This document shows, piece after piece, positions 1 through 14,611 of a stretch of DNA of 64,000 nt (within the stretch, counting starts at the first letter, position 1; every line of letters begins with the position of its first letter). Source of the DNA: Takakia lepidozioides (lineage: Eukaryota; Plantae; Bryophyta); the NCBI GenBank assembly GCA_030704615.1, contig CM060732.1:37696001-37760000 (forward strand), read 5' to 3'. Under the pieces are notes generated by a model that was given only the letters and a program-made list of their open reading frames with translations, made no database searches and had not been told where the DNA came from. The position numbers and the translations under genes were made by a program.

Positions 1-404
1 CTCACCGATTGCTCCACAATCGCCACCTTCACGTTGGGGTTCTTGCTCAATTCGTAAGCACACGAGAGGCCAGCAGATCCAGCTCCCACGATCACCACAT
101 CGGTGTCGGCATGAGTGATCATGTCCGTCATGTAGCGCCTCGTCATCTCCCGGGCAACAATCGACTCCTTGATGGGCTCGAACTTGTACTCATTCAGGTC
201 ATACTTGGCATCCGAGTAGAGAGCAGCCCTGACGCCAGAGGCATGGCAGACCCGGGGTGCAGGACGTGCAGCAGCTGCCAAGCGTGTGCCTGCGAAGGAG
301 GATCCCAGCACAGCAACCTGGGCACTGTTGGTAGACTTCAATTCCACCGCTATGCATCGGCTCACGACTGCGGGTGTCGCCGCCGAGGCTGTGCAGGCCG
401 CCAT
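1..404 (-). CDS. THI1: Thiamine thiazole synthase (THI1/THI4 family), plastid-targeted; 5' part only, runs off the left edge
   Basis: Manual minus-strand translation from ATG 404: [16 protein letters not shown]...(Ala/Ser-rich transit peptide)...[67 protein letters not shown]. This is the characteristic plant THI1 N-terminus with its GxGxxG dinucleotide motif. It is absent from the ORF track because it has no stop in the window. Confidence 0.96.
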   Translation of the reverse strand, partial: MAACTASAATPAVVSRCIAVELKSTNSAQVAVLGSSFAGTRLAAAARPAPRVCHASGVRAALYSDAKYDLNEYKFEPIKESIVAREMTRRYMTDMITHADTDVVIVGAGSAGLSCAYELSKNPNVKVAIVEQSV

Positions 405-488
405 GAGTCAAGACTAGAAGAAATTTTGGGGAGCACAAAGGCGATAGGAAAGGTGGAGCGGAGGGTGGTGAAGAGGGAAGGGAAGCTC

Positions 489-499
489 GTTATATATAG
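489..499 (-). promoter_or_regulatory. Candidate TATA box of THI1
   Basis: Minus strand reads CTATATATAAC about 90 bp upstream of the THI1 ATG, followed by a CT-rich leader. Confidence 0.55.
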
Positions 500-2532
500 C
501 AAACAGTAAGAAGCAAAACGCCAACTTTGTTGCAAAAGATAAAAAAGATACTTCTTTAATGCTAACCGACATAGCTTTCTTTCCCATCTTCCCTGTTATC
601 AGATTACTGGGCCGACATTTTCAATTGGGTCCTTCGAAAAAATCTCGCATTCAGATTAGTTCATGAGGACGGAAATAGCTACAGTCTAATTTAAGTGACC
701 CTGGGATAATTGGGTCCAGTACAGCTTTCTTTAGAGGCTTTCTTATTTAGATGCTTCAACCCACTGTGCAGACATCGATTCGAGCGAAGTGGTTACGTGC
801 TTACATCCACAAGATTGCCTGTACAGATATTATTCCATGCACAAATGCACATGCAATCTCGCGAACTTTGATGCATGTGCCTGTAGGGTCCACCTACCCC
901 ACACACAGAGGCCCAGGCACTCGGGCCCCCAAGCTCGAATTGCCCCTCCAAACCATCAGGGGGGTAGTTCCAGGGAGAGCCCATCCTTAATCAACGGCCT
1001 CTCATGCCCCACAGGAGAGGAAACGAAGTACTTTGAGAAGGGGCCATAAAACTGAATCGCCCCTTTGTGAAGGAACCGGATTTTTGCGGACTCATGGAAG
1101 GGGCGATGTACTGGGGGGCCTCTTTAAGAATATCCTACCTAAACGAATGAGGGGTCTTTGAAGTTGGAGATGATTCACTTGGGGGTGCCTAGGAATCTGG
1201 CACTTAGCTCTTTGGGGTCCAAAAGGGAGAGGGAGTTGTCAATCTGACTTCGATTTTTTCAGTTGCTTCCCATCGATAACAAAGATGTAAATATTTAGTA
1301 TTAGGATTTGAACTTGCGTAGGGGAGAAAGCCTTGAGCAAGGTGGCTGAGCTGAAAGGTCTCCATATTACGTTGATGTTTGTACAGTTCAGCTCCAGCCT
1401 GCCAAGGAATGGTAAGCCCGTAGAGATAAGTGGATTCGGAGTTATCCTCACAGGAGAATTTCTGTGGACCAGGAGCATATATAGGGAGAAGTGTGGTTTG
1501 GCTCCCGTGCATCATCATGAAGAATATCTGACTTCATGGGGGCCACAGAGGATCACCACCCACGCGACAAACTTGGGCCGTTTCCGACACTCTTGCAAGT
1601 CATCCATTGATTCCACATACAATACAAACTCAAATCAGCAAAGATTGCGCTGCATGGGCCGTTGCCGAATTGCAAGCTGCAAAGTGAAAGAAAATGGATC
1701 GGATACATAAATCATAGACTCAGCAAGGTTTCAGAGCGATGGGCCTCCTCACTGCTTTATTAGCAAAATTGCTTCCAAGTTTGATGTCCACGAGTCACGA
1801 CTTCGTTTGGTGTGCTGCATTAACTGACTGCCGCAGGCATCTACAGGTGGGCAACTGACAGATTTTGCTCGAGCATACCCTCCTGGGGACAAGGCGCTGT
1901 GGGCAACGCTGATCGAGTACACAAAGCGACAATCCCGTGATGACTGTTGGCCGTGGCCAACCACTGGCCACCACTGGTTCTTGTCCTGGAAGTGTGCGCC
2001 ACTCTGCAACACCATCAGCGACCCCATTTCCAGAAATATCGGTCCTTCTGACGAGGCAGGCATGCATGCAAGGTGCGGTTTGTTCCCTGCTAAAGTTGCA
2101 CGGTGGGGCTAAATCAGTTGGGCATGATCATATGCGTTAAGAACCTGTTGACCAGGGCATCTGCTCACAATAGGGAACTCTAGGGCCACCAATATAGGGT
2201 ACTGAGATGCAGGTGGCCACCTTTTCCGTCATTCTATTCTTGTAAAAGTTTCTTCGGAGAAGTGGGATATTTTTGTGAATTGTGAGGTGAATTGCTGTAA
2301 GTAGTATCGAGTTTAGTGGAATCGTTCTGTATCTTTCCGAGTGAATAATTTTCCTCAGATTCTTTGGTATCTAGTTTGCTGCATGTGACTCGGTTGAATT
2401 CTGGTTGTTGGGGAAGACTGTCGCTTGAACGTGTGGTGTTATTGATCTCGGGTGGGGGCTGATTTCTCTTCAGATTGTTGGGAGCAGTTGTGTGTAGTGT
2501 TGCTCTTTAGAAGAAGCTCACAGGGTTTAGCT

Positions 2533-5485
<2,953 letters not shown>

Positions 5486-5932
5486 AGTGGAATGACTGGC
5501 CTCTTGTGGTTTCAATTGTAGGTTCTACACTGAATGCACTTCTTCCCATGTTTTTGAGATTTAAGTTTGTATGAGAAAAGTTTTGAAGGTGTGCTGGACA
5601 GAAATATTGGGCTGGGACGAAGGGGAAATGAGTGTGCCTGCAGTTGATAGCCTTTCTAGAGATGAACAACCAGCTCATGTATGACAGCTATGAACTTGAC
5701 AGATATTTGATCAACTTGCTTTGTACATTTGCAGGTAAAGAAGGAAGTTGTTGAAGAAGAACAGGCTTGTGGGCAAAAGGACCTTTTCTGTTTAGACTGT
5801 CAATGACTATGGTGATTTGCATCCAGTGTGCTTGCCGATGTACTAGAGTTGTGTAATTTGTGACAGACTTGTGCTTCATATCCCACAGCTTTGCCTTTGT
5901 TGTTTGCAGATATCAAACATGTGGACAATTAG

Positions 5933-5945
5933 CTGTTTGGTATGT
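5933..5945 (+). promoter_or_regulatory. Candidate riboswitch-regulated 5' splice site in the THIC 3' UTR (CTGTTTG|GTATGT; intron 5940-6064)
   Basis: CTGTTTGGT can pair with aptamer P4/P5 ACCTGAACAG (6145-6154) with one G-U pair and a bulge. The matching 3' splice site is CCAG at 6061-6064 inside the aptamer. A further UTR intron is plausible at 5735-5909 (GCAG|GTAAAG ... TTTGCAG|). Confidence 0.7.
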
Positions 5946-6056
5946 AAGTGTGTATGGTATGTCGATGTCACAGTAGAGAAACTCTAGTGTGTGCTTACAT
6001 GTTTTTGTAATGGCAATGGAAGAAGCTTGTTTGTACTTTCTGAGCTAATTCGACTC

Positions 6057-6180
6057 GGCACCAGGGGTGCTTGCTCAGGTGGTAGCACTGGCAACCATGG
6101 CTGCTAGTGCTCCGCACTAGAGCAGGCTGAGAGAGTCCCTTCGCACCTGAACAGGTTAATACCTGCGTAGGGAGCGTGCC
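6057..6180 (+). ncRNA. TPP riboswitch aptamer in the THIC 3' UTR
   Basis: GGCACCAGGGGTGCTTG...GCAGGCTGAGAGAGTCCCTTCGCACCTGAACAGGTTAATACCTGCGTAGGGAGCGTGCC has a P1 stem GGCAC/GTGCC, GGGG/CCCT, the conserved CTGAGA, and a P5 stem CAGGT/ACCTG. It matches the plant THI-box consensus. Confidence 0.97.
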
Positions 6181-6654
6181 AGACCTTTTTGTGTTTGTGT
6201 ATGCCACAGGCCCGCGACCTTCTCTCTCTCTTGCAATTTCAAGGACTGTTTCATCGGCCAACCTTCATGAGGCACCCTGAATGGTAAGAACTGTGGTCAG
6301 TCATGCTCCAATATTTCTTAAGCTTCATCACTTTGTTTGGATGCTGCTCTGCATTGTCTTGGATTGTGCATTTTGTGGAGTAATCAGATCTGCAGTAAGT
6401 AATCTGCAATTCATAGGGAGCCCTGTAGTGAATGCTCTACCCATCAATCCATGAATGAAGTTGAAAAGCCTTCATGCTAATGAAGGAAGCCTCTGAGGCC
6501 ACAAAAGAGGAACAAAATGCTTCCGTCCCTTGTTGCTTAGAATGAGATATGCTGGTGTGGCTGCAAAAGTCAAGCTTTCCTGGTTTCATTAAGGAAATCT
6601 GCGGAAGATGAGAGGGAGGGGAGCATATTTTTCCCCAAAGTCCAGTCTGCAAAA

Positions 6655-7235
6655 AGTGTGGAGGTGATCTTTGGAGAGTGACATTTTTATTTCAGAGTTG
6701 TTGCTAGATTTCTTAGTATCATTCAACCCATGATTTGTAGGCTGCAGTTCCTAGTAGTAAATTTTTCTTTAGGGTGGAAAGTTTACCTCATGCAATCATG
6801 TACAGTACCAACCCCAGGATTCTAAAACAAATGGTCACTGGTTATCCAATGTACATGTTGCTTATGGACAGAAATTTGCCAGAGAGTTCCTGATATTTGT
6901 TGGTCTTTTGCCTCAAGGACCATGTATCCAATTGTAAATACTAGGGTGTTGGTGCCTTGGCACAAATATTTGGGTTTGTAACAGTTAACTTCTAAAATTT
7001 GAGTTCAAGTGCGTTTCGAAAATTCAGTACTCTGCAAACTCCCACGATCTTCATCCTTCGAAACAAAAACTGTTTGAATGCAAAAATCTCTTGTCAAGGC
7101 CACAAACATTACTGTCTCTGAGATTACATATATGTATGCATCAGTCTGACTCTGTACACTCCAGACAGCCAAACACTTAAGTGTTGGGTCTCAATAAATT
7201 CTTCCACTGCAGAGGGACGAATACAGTTAAAAGAA
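6655..7235 (+). repeat. ~570 bp block present three times (6655-7235, 8653-9220, 15088-15680)
   Basis: All three copies start with GAGGT.ATCTTTGGAGAGTGACATTTTT and share CCCAGGATTCTAAA and GGTGCCTTGGCACAAATATTTGGG. Confidence 0.88.
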
Positions 7236-7570
7236 TCTTATTGTCTCCCTGGGTCTGCCTCACCCTTCTTTCCCAGTGTCTTCAGTCAATAGTAGAAATT
7301 TGGATGTCAGAAATGGGATGTCGTAGAGGAGAGCCATGGCAGAACCATTCCCATCCTAGAGGGCTGACATTCCACAGAGTCATCATTTGCAAGGCTACAC
7401 AATTTCTGAGATGTCATGCTTGCCATCAAAGAGATGCTGTAGCCTTTATCCCACAGGGTACCATACCTCCCAGTGGTGACAGAGATCACCACCCTAGTCC
7501 TTTGACAGCCAGCGGTATTGATTCATGAGTCTGAGCTTTAGTCTGCTCGCTGGACCGGTCTGGATAGAGA

Positions 7571-7638
7571 TTGTACTCATAAGACGTTGTTTGCCGTAGC
7601 CTTGTGGCCATTGACCCCGCGCCCAGTTTGAGCGGGAA
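7571..7638 (-). mobile_element. 68-bp 5'-truncated non-LTR retroelement end with a 14-bp TSD
   Basis: Flanked by direct repeats GGTCTGGATAGAGA (7557-7570, 7639-7652). Nearly identical to the element starting at 41994. Confidence 0.85.
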
Positions 7639-9229
7639 GGTCTGGATAGAGAGACAGAGACAAACCATAATTGATGTCGCTGTTACTCAGAGTCCTTACT
7701 CTGAATTTGTGAAAAGTCAAGTGAAGTTCTCCTTGATCTCCCTGTTAATTTGTGGAGTGTCATTGCTTTTATGTACATCTGCAACTCCATTTCTTTTGTG
7801 GATTATCCTCACAGAAATTGTAGCCTGCTTATGCCATTGGCACGTAAGATGTCTAGGGTGCATTGAAGTGCCCAGTTCAAGACAAAGTGTCACCCCATTG
7901 CAAAGAATTCGCCTGCACCCATGCCTACATGTAAGCTGGAATTTATAGTGCGAGCATTGTTGCTTTACAAGTCAATTGCAATTTCCAACTTTGCAAACTT
8001 CCCACTGCTCTGCATCTGCATATAAAGTTTAGAAATCATGTCCAGAAGAACTGGATGTCTGATCCTTCAACCTTCACAATATGACCCTTGTGTGATCTGT
8101 CTGACTTTATTTTCTAACACTTGGGTCCCTTAGTCAACCCATCATGTCAAGCATGTTACTACACTAACTCATAGCAGTGTTATCAAAGCGACATAGCAGC
8201 AGATCAGTGAAGGATATTTGTGTAACAATTGATGGACACATTGCCAAAGCTTTAGCAGCACGCAATTTGTTCCGACCACACGAAGGCCATGAAGGTTGCT
8301 TGATGCAGCAATGTCTATGAAATCAGCAAGACTTGAGGTTATCCCTTGCACTCTGATTTCACAACTGTCATTGTGATTTGGATGTAAGCTGACTTTCTGC
8401 CTGTGGTGCAGTATGAAAATGGTGTGAATCTTTGATTGATCAAGCAGGCAGAGATTGGATGACAGAACTGGTAAAATCTCTGGAGAAGGGGTTTTGATGC
8501 GGCAGCCAAATCATGATAGTGCTTGCTGCTGCTCTTTACATAAAGATTATCTACAGACTAGGGAGTTGTCCTTGCAATCACCATGACCTTCATTCATTTG
8601 AAGTCATAATACTGTAATTGAGACTTTATTCACACCATAGGTCTATAAGGAAGGTGCGGAGGTAATCTTTGGAGAGTGACATTTTTTATTTCAGAGGTGT
8701 TTCTTCGGATCATTCAACCCATGATTTGTAGGCTGCAGGTCCTAGTAGTAAATTTTTCCTTAGGATGGAAAGTTTATCTCAAGCAATCATCAACCCCAGG
8801 ATTCTAAAACAAATGGTCACTGGTTATCTAATGTACATGTTGCTTATGGACATTAATTTGCTAGACAGTTCTGTTGGGCTTTTGCCTCAAGGATCATGCA
8901 TCCAATTGTAAATACTAGAGTGTCGGTGCCTTGGCACAAATATTTGGGTTTGAAATAGCTACCTTCTAAAATTTGAGTTCAAGTGCGTTTCGAAAATTCA
9001 GTACTCTGCAAACTCCAAGCTCTTCATTCTTCAAAACAAATACTCTGAATGCAAAAATATCTTGTCAAAGAGTTTTTCCAAGCGTGCTACAAAATTACAG
9101 TCTCTGAGATTACATATATGATGCATACAGGCTGACTCTGTACCATACAGCCAAACACAAAGTATTGGGTCTCACTAAATTCTTCCATCCACTGGAGAGG
9201 ACTGAATACTAAAGTTAAAAGGACCATGC

Positions 9230-9910
9230 ATAGTAGGCCGGCATTGGAGCAGGCATCTGCTGTGTGAGTCAACAATTCCAACCATGCTAAACACCTAGAA
9301 TCCATTCAGGGCAAGGAAAGCATGTCAGCTTGATCTAAAAAAGCAAATGTGGCCATCAGAGGCGAGTTTGGTGAAAACTCCTGGAAGCTCTCGACTTGAT
9401 GAATTCAAGGTCCAATGGTGTACTATCAGATACCCTACAATAATCGAAGCTATTTCTTGGAAGCAAGGCCGTCTTGTTGACTCTGCTCAATGAAGCTGAC
9501 CTTGAGGAGGTTGTCCAAAGCCATGATCCAAAGACTATGATGAAAATGAAGTTAGGCATAAAACTTCCCTGAACTTGTTTCCAGTCTGGGATATGGGTGA
9601 GAACCTTGAGGATCTCAAGGGCCTATCTACCCTCGGTACTAGACTGAAATTTTAAACCCAGGGCAGGAAGCCTACCTTTGAACAATTAACAAGACCATCG
9701 AATGTTGTCCCTGCACCACTTTCAAAATCTTGAGACTGAGCCTAAAGCCCTAGGATCTAATTGCTGAGCAGCTCACACTCAGCAGATTGAAGCTTGTGTG
9801 AAGGGCCTTGTAGAGGAAATCTGGAAAGCCAGAGCCAGTTGGAAGTCCCACTCCTCACAAAGGTGGTCTATGGCCACAAGGCCATGGGCAAACAACCTCT
9901 CATGAGTACA
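9230..9910 (+). mobile_element. Degenerate LINE-like 3' fragment (second copy ~15690-16502)
   Basis: Ends in GGCCACAAGGCCA.GGGCAAACAA....GAGTACA, the reverse complement of the TSD-flanked inserts at 7571 and 41994. A decayed reading frame contains LVEEIWKAR, resembling the IWKxRN motif of LINE ORF2. Confidence 0.65.
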
Positions 9911-10444
9911 TTCTCTCTCTGCATGAGGCACTATATCTTAGACAATATCTTGATCAGTTGTAGTTTTGGGCTGCTTACAGTTGAGGGTCCCACTCTCCCT
10001 CTTATTTCATACATTTTTTTTTCCCATTTTCCCCTCTCTCTATGGATTGAGTTTTCTCTTAGAATTTGGATCCAACAGTCCATATGTGTATTTTGATGTA
10101 TTTGCTTCTGCTCTGTTCACTTCTCTACATTGGCGCTTTAACTGAAACTCATTCCATGCTTCAAAGAGGAGTGAGATCCATAGCAATCCTTCATGAATGC
10201 CTCAAAAATGGTATATGATCCTCATTCCAAAATCAGATGAACTACTTGAAATGGTCGTCAATGAACAAGGCTATTGTGAAAGAAGTTCAAACTATCAAAG
10301 AATTTCTCAACCTGTTGGACGACCCAGCTAGACAAGTCCTGAAATACAATTGTGCACCTCTTCAGCAGCACTCCAGCAAAGCCACCTTGGTTGGACCACA
10401 GTTGCATGTTGTGTCTGCATCCCATCCACCTCGTATTCCATTGT

Positions 10445-11480
10445 CTACCCATCTGCTACTGCTGCAGCAATTGATCTTCGGACGAAGAGATCTAAGATCC
10501 TTCGCTGTAACATCCATAAATCGATACTCAAGTGCTGACCAGCTAGGGAAGGCGGCACATCTGCGAGTGAAGGAAATACTACCTCTACCGGTACTTTGAG
10601 CATCGAACTGTTGGGAGATGAACACACATGCTCAGAAAAATTACGAGAGGTGCTTCTTGTAGCCCCTTGCTTTCGTGTGAAACAGAATAACTTGATAGTA
10701 TGTCTCTCTTCCACTATAAGGATTCCTATGGCGAAATTGCACTTGGAGGTCCAATCTTTTAACTCCTGAAGGAGTGCGCTCCTGGACTCATTCCTGTACG
10801 CTACCTCGAGTACCACAGTTGGACAATCGTCCAATTGGGCACTCACTGGATATATGCCCCCGTCGGGTTCTTTGATCCCCCTGGGTAGATGTACAGCTAT
10901 ATCATCGACAATGTCGAAGAGATGTTTTATGCCAAGCCGAATTAGCTCTACTACAAATTGCCCCTTGACCCATCCGGAGACCTTGGCGTGGACACCACTA
11001 GGATCTCCGTATAGCATCACCCTCCCAACACCTACTTCGTCTCCTTCTTCCCAAGAGAGCCTCCAGTGTGCTTCTTGGGTGTCCACCCACTGCTCATATG
11101 TAGATCGAGAAATAGCTTCTGAAACCAGATATGGACCCACGTTCCATCTGCCGTCTTCTTTAAGAAGCAAATTGTACTCCACGATGGCCTCCTGAAGGCC
11201 AGAATCCAACAGATCTGTACATCACCAAAAATTTGTCAACGCATAAAAGAGGAAGAAGAGGAAGAGATTTGTGAGAGAGAGTTTTCATGATGGTGATAGA
11301 ATTCTCACCAAACAACGATCGGCGTATCTTGGCATTGCGAAACCTCCACCTAAAGTTCACCAACAGATCAGACCAACCCATGCCTCACCTCACAGCCATA
11401 CACGATACAATACCAAAGCCTCGCAAAACAGTCAGAGCCTTGCAAAGCAATAAGACCACAGTGTAAATCTCCTCACCCAT
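10445..11480 (-). CDS. Uma2/DUF820-like PD-(D/E)XK restriction-endonuclease-fold protein; proposed exons 11480-11477 and 11214-10445 (257 aa)
   Basis: The ORF contains P-S-G-V-H, KEPDGG and PTVVLEVAYRNES, the pattern of Uma2/Crinkler-type REase domains. The track's start is TTG. A true ATG micro-exon (ATGG|GTGAGG) splices in frame to GTACAG|ATCTGTTGGAT, giving MDLLDSGLQE. Confidence 0.75.
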
Positions 11481-13479
11481 CGTGCCGCTAGCCGTTGCCT
11501 GCCTGCTCCTTTTCAAATTTACGATTCGGGAACGATTGTTGCCTTTGCTCTCCCCCTCAACTCTTTGCTATCTCCGCTGCAGTCTTCATCTAGCACCCGT
11601 GTCTCGTAGTTGCTTCTTACAAGCTATCGCTTATCAATTAACCTGTGATCTGCAAGGCAATACAGGACAACATCTCCACAGGGATATATCCCAAGCGGGG
11701 CACCTGCGCTCTGTCCCACAAGCTAGCTTTTTCCTTTAGTCTTTATGCAATGCCCCGAAGCTCGACCCGTCGATTTTGACGATTTTTCAACCCGGATCGG
11801 CGTGCAACTATCCAACGCCTAGAGTTGGAGAAGCCGGAATGTGCCGGTCTTATTTGCGCTCCGCTTCGGCGATTCTGGCAAGCTATTTCTCTTCGATTTT
11901 GGATGCTTGTGACTCAGTACGAGGCATTAATGCCCTACAGCCCTCCGATGTTGGTTTATTCTCAAATGGTCGGTTTTGTGGGCAGTGCCATTTCCTTGGC
12001 CAGGACCCCAATTCTGCCAGTGTTATTTTCAAGCGATGATAGAGGTTTGATGTGCTTGCAGGCAGGCATGAATGGGTTGGGATCTTCAGGAATCACGGTG
12101 GAAACAGGTATTGCCTGAAAGGCAATATAGCATGGGGATGGGTAGGGAGCATGCAAAGACAAGATCACAGGTTGCAGAGTGGTGTGGTTATGGAACTGGT
12201 CCACCATATACCTACTAATGACAGTTTGCTGGATAGTTCCAATGAGAAAATAGGGCTGAAAAGTGAAAGATCCAGGCACAAGTGTAGAAGAGAGTTGACA
12301 TGTTGAAAGTTTCTGGCTGCTTGTATATGACCTCGGAATCATTTGCTTGAAGAGTTGGAGTAAGTCCATAACAGTAGCGCATATGTATCACATCTCTGGG
12401 TAACCTGTCGGAACCCAGCCACGTACGTTGTTGCTTGTTTTCGTACCTGCAACTGGAATGAATGAAGCATTCTTACTGATGGAATAATATGGTGGAGGTG
12501 AACATTCGCTGCATTACATTTGGGAGGTGATAGTTGATATGATTATGCAAATTCTGCAAAGAAGATGAGGCATGCTTTGTTGTGGCTTGGAATTCAGATT
12601 AGTTGCAAACTTGGTTTGAGGTTGGAGCTGGGTCTGTTCTTGCAGAATATGGGTTTGGGTCTGCCTTTCCTTGGGTTGTGCATTTTCTCACTTACTACGA
12701 TAGGCCAGATGGAGCGATTTGGGGATGATTTGTCTTGGCTTGCAGTCGTTTGTGTCTTTGATGCTTTTGACAGTGCTTTGATGCCCTGAGCTTGGGTGTT
12801 GTTGTCGCAGCAGCAAGTGGATATTCTATTGCTAGTAATTTTGTTCCAAAGCTGTCTGAGTGACCAAAAGTTGCCAAACGTGCAAATGGGTGGGTGCATC
12901 TTGAACCTTGGCTGGATGAACTTCAGCATCAGGAAAAGCACGGGGGTCAAGGTCATAACCTTCAGCCTCAACACCAGCGGCCTCTTGTTCAACCGGTGTG
13001 AACGGATATGGCTTCGCACGCATCTCCACGGAGCCAATAAGAATGCTGAAGGTGCTTTGTAAATTTTCAGTTTTTCTGGTCACATGGACCTTCACGGCAT
13101 CCCTTTCCCTTCTCATAATCAAGAAAACTTGTTGTCTGAATTTTTTTTTAGTAGAATGTTTTGGATGCGAGCACGTGCTTGGTTGGATGTTACTAAGCAA
13201 ATTTGGTCAAGATTTAATACAATCTGAGCCCACCCAACAAAAGTTCTGGCAGTTTAAAATGCAACCCGAGAATCTTGGCCTGGTTGGCTAGGCAGGTAAG
13301 GGTTCTCATTTCATGGGGATCTCAAAGAAAGACCTATGTACATATGTCACTGTGAGGGTCGAATCTCCGGGAGAAGTACAGACTTATTTCATGTTCGAAT
13401 ATATTTCGTGTGTTATCTGATCAAGTATCCACAGGCATACTTACCTGGTTTATCCCTGTCCTGACTTCATACTGGATGA

Positions 13480-13880
<401 letters not shown>

Positions 13881-14502
13881 GACCGCCCTCTTGTGTTATG
13901 AAGCACAAGTCTGTCACAAATTACACAACTCTAGTACATCGGCAAGAACACCCCCTCCCTCCCTCTGCAGCATTGCTTACTAAGTTGTACACTACTGCTG
14001 GCTGCAAGGACCTCCCTTTACTCTCCCCTCTTTGCTAGTGTGACCTGCTGCAGGGATGATATTGATAACAAGTGTGACGTGGTTTAAGACTGGAGATCCA
14101 CAGGGATCTTTGTTGGTTGGCTGTGGATTCCACTTCACCTTCTTTTGTTGCAGAAAATGCTACTACGGGCAAGAGACTTTAGGGGTGAGGATTTGAGCTC
14201 CCTCAAACCTCAAATTTGTTTGTATGTGTTAGTTTTGCACGCATAATGGTTGTTGTTTTGCTCTGAATGGGTTTGAAGGATCCATGAGCTTGTCCCTACT
14301 TGAAAGTAGTTGCCATTAAGGAGACACTAGAGCACTTCCTACTTCTATTGTTGCTTTTTCGGATTGTGGAAAATTAGCTGGTTGGGATGTAAATGTGTAT
14401 GGTATGTCGATGTCACAGTAGAGAAACTCTAGTGTGTGCTTACATGTATTTGTAATGGCAATGGAAGAAGTTTGTTTGTCCTTTCTGAGCTGATTCTACT
14501 CA

Positions 14503-14611
14503 GCACCAGGGGTGCTTGCTCAGATGGTACCACTGGCAACCATGGCTACTAGAGCAAGCTGAGAGGGTCCCTTCGCACCTGAACAGGTTAATACCTGCGT
14601 AGGGAGCGTGC
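14503..14611 (+). ncRNA. Second TPP riboswitch aptamer (duplicated, detached from an intact THIC)
   Basis: GCACCAGGGGTGCTTGCTC...GAGCAAGCTGAGAGGGTCCCTTCGCACCTGAACAGGTTAATACCTGCGTAGGGAGCGTGC keeps all core elements. P3 is 13 nt shorter than in copy 1. Confidence 0.9.

Noticed and set aside
9-509. 166-aa plus-strand ORF
   Set aside because: It is the antisense shadow of the THI1 coding sequence.
11776-13291. Cluster of 85-147 aa ORFs between the duplication units
   Set aside because: They overlap on both strands with no recognisable motif or splice-consistent model. Left unassigned.
13437-13448. ATACTTACCTGG, identical to the U1 snRNA 5' end
   Set aside because: The downstream sequence is not U1. 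The segment is the duplicated THIC intron 4 (GTACTTAACTGG at ~4936), so the match is coincidental.
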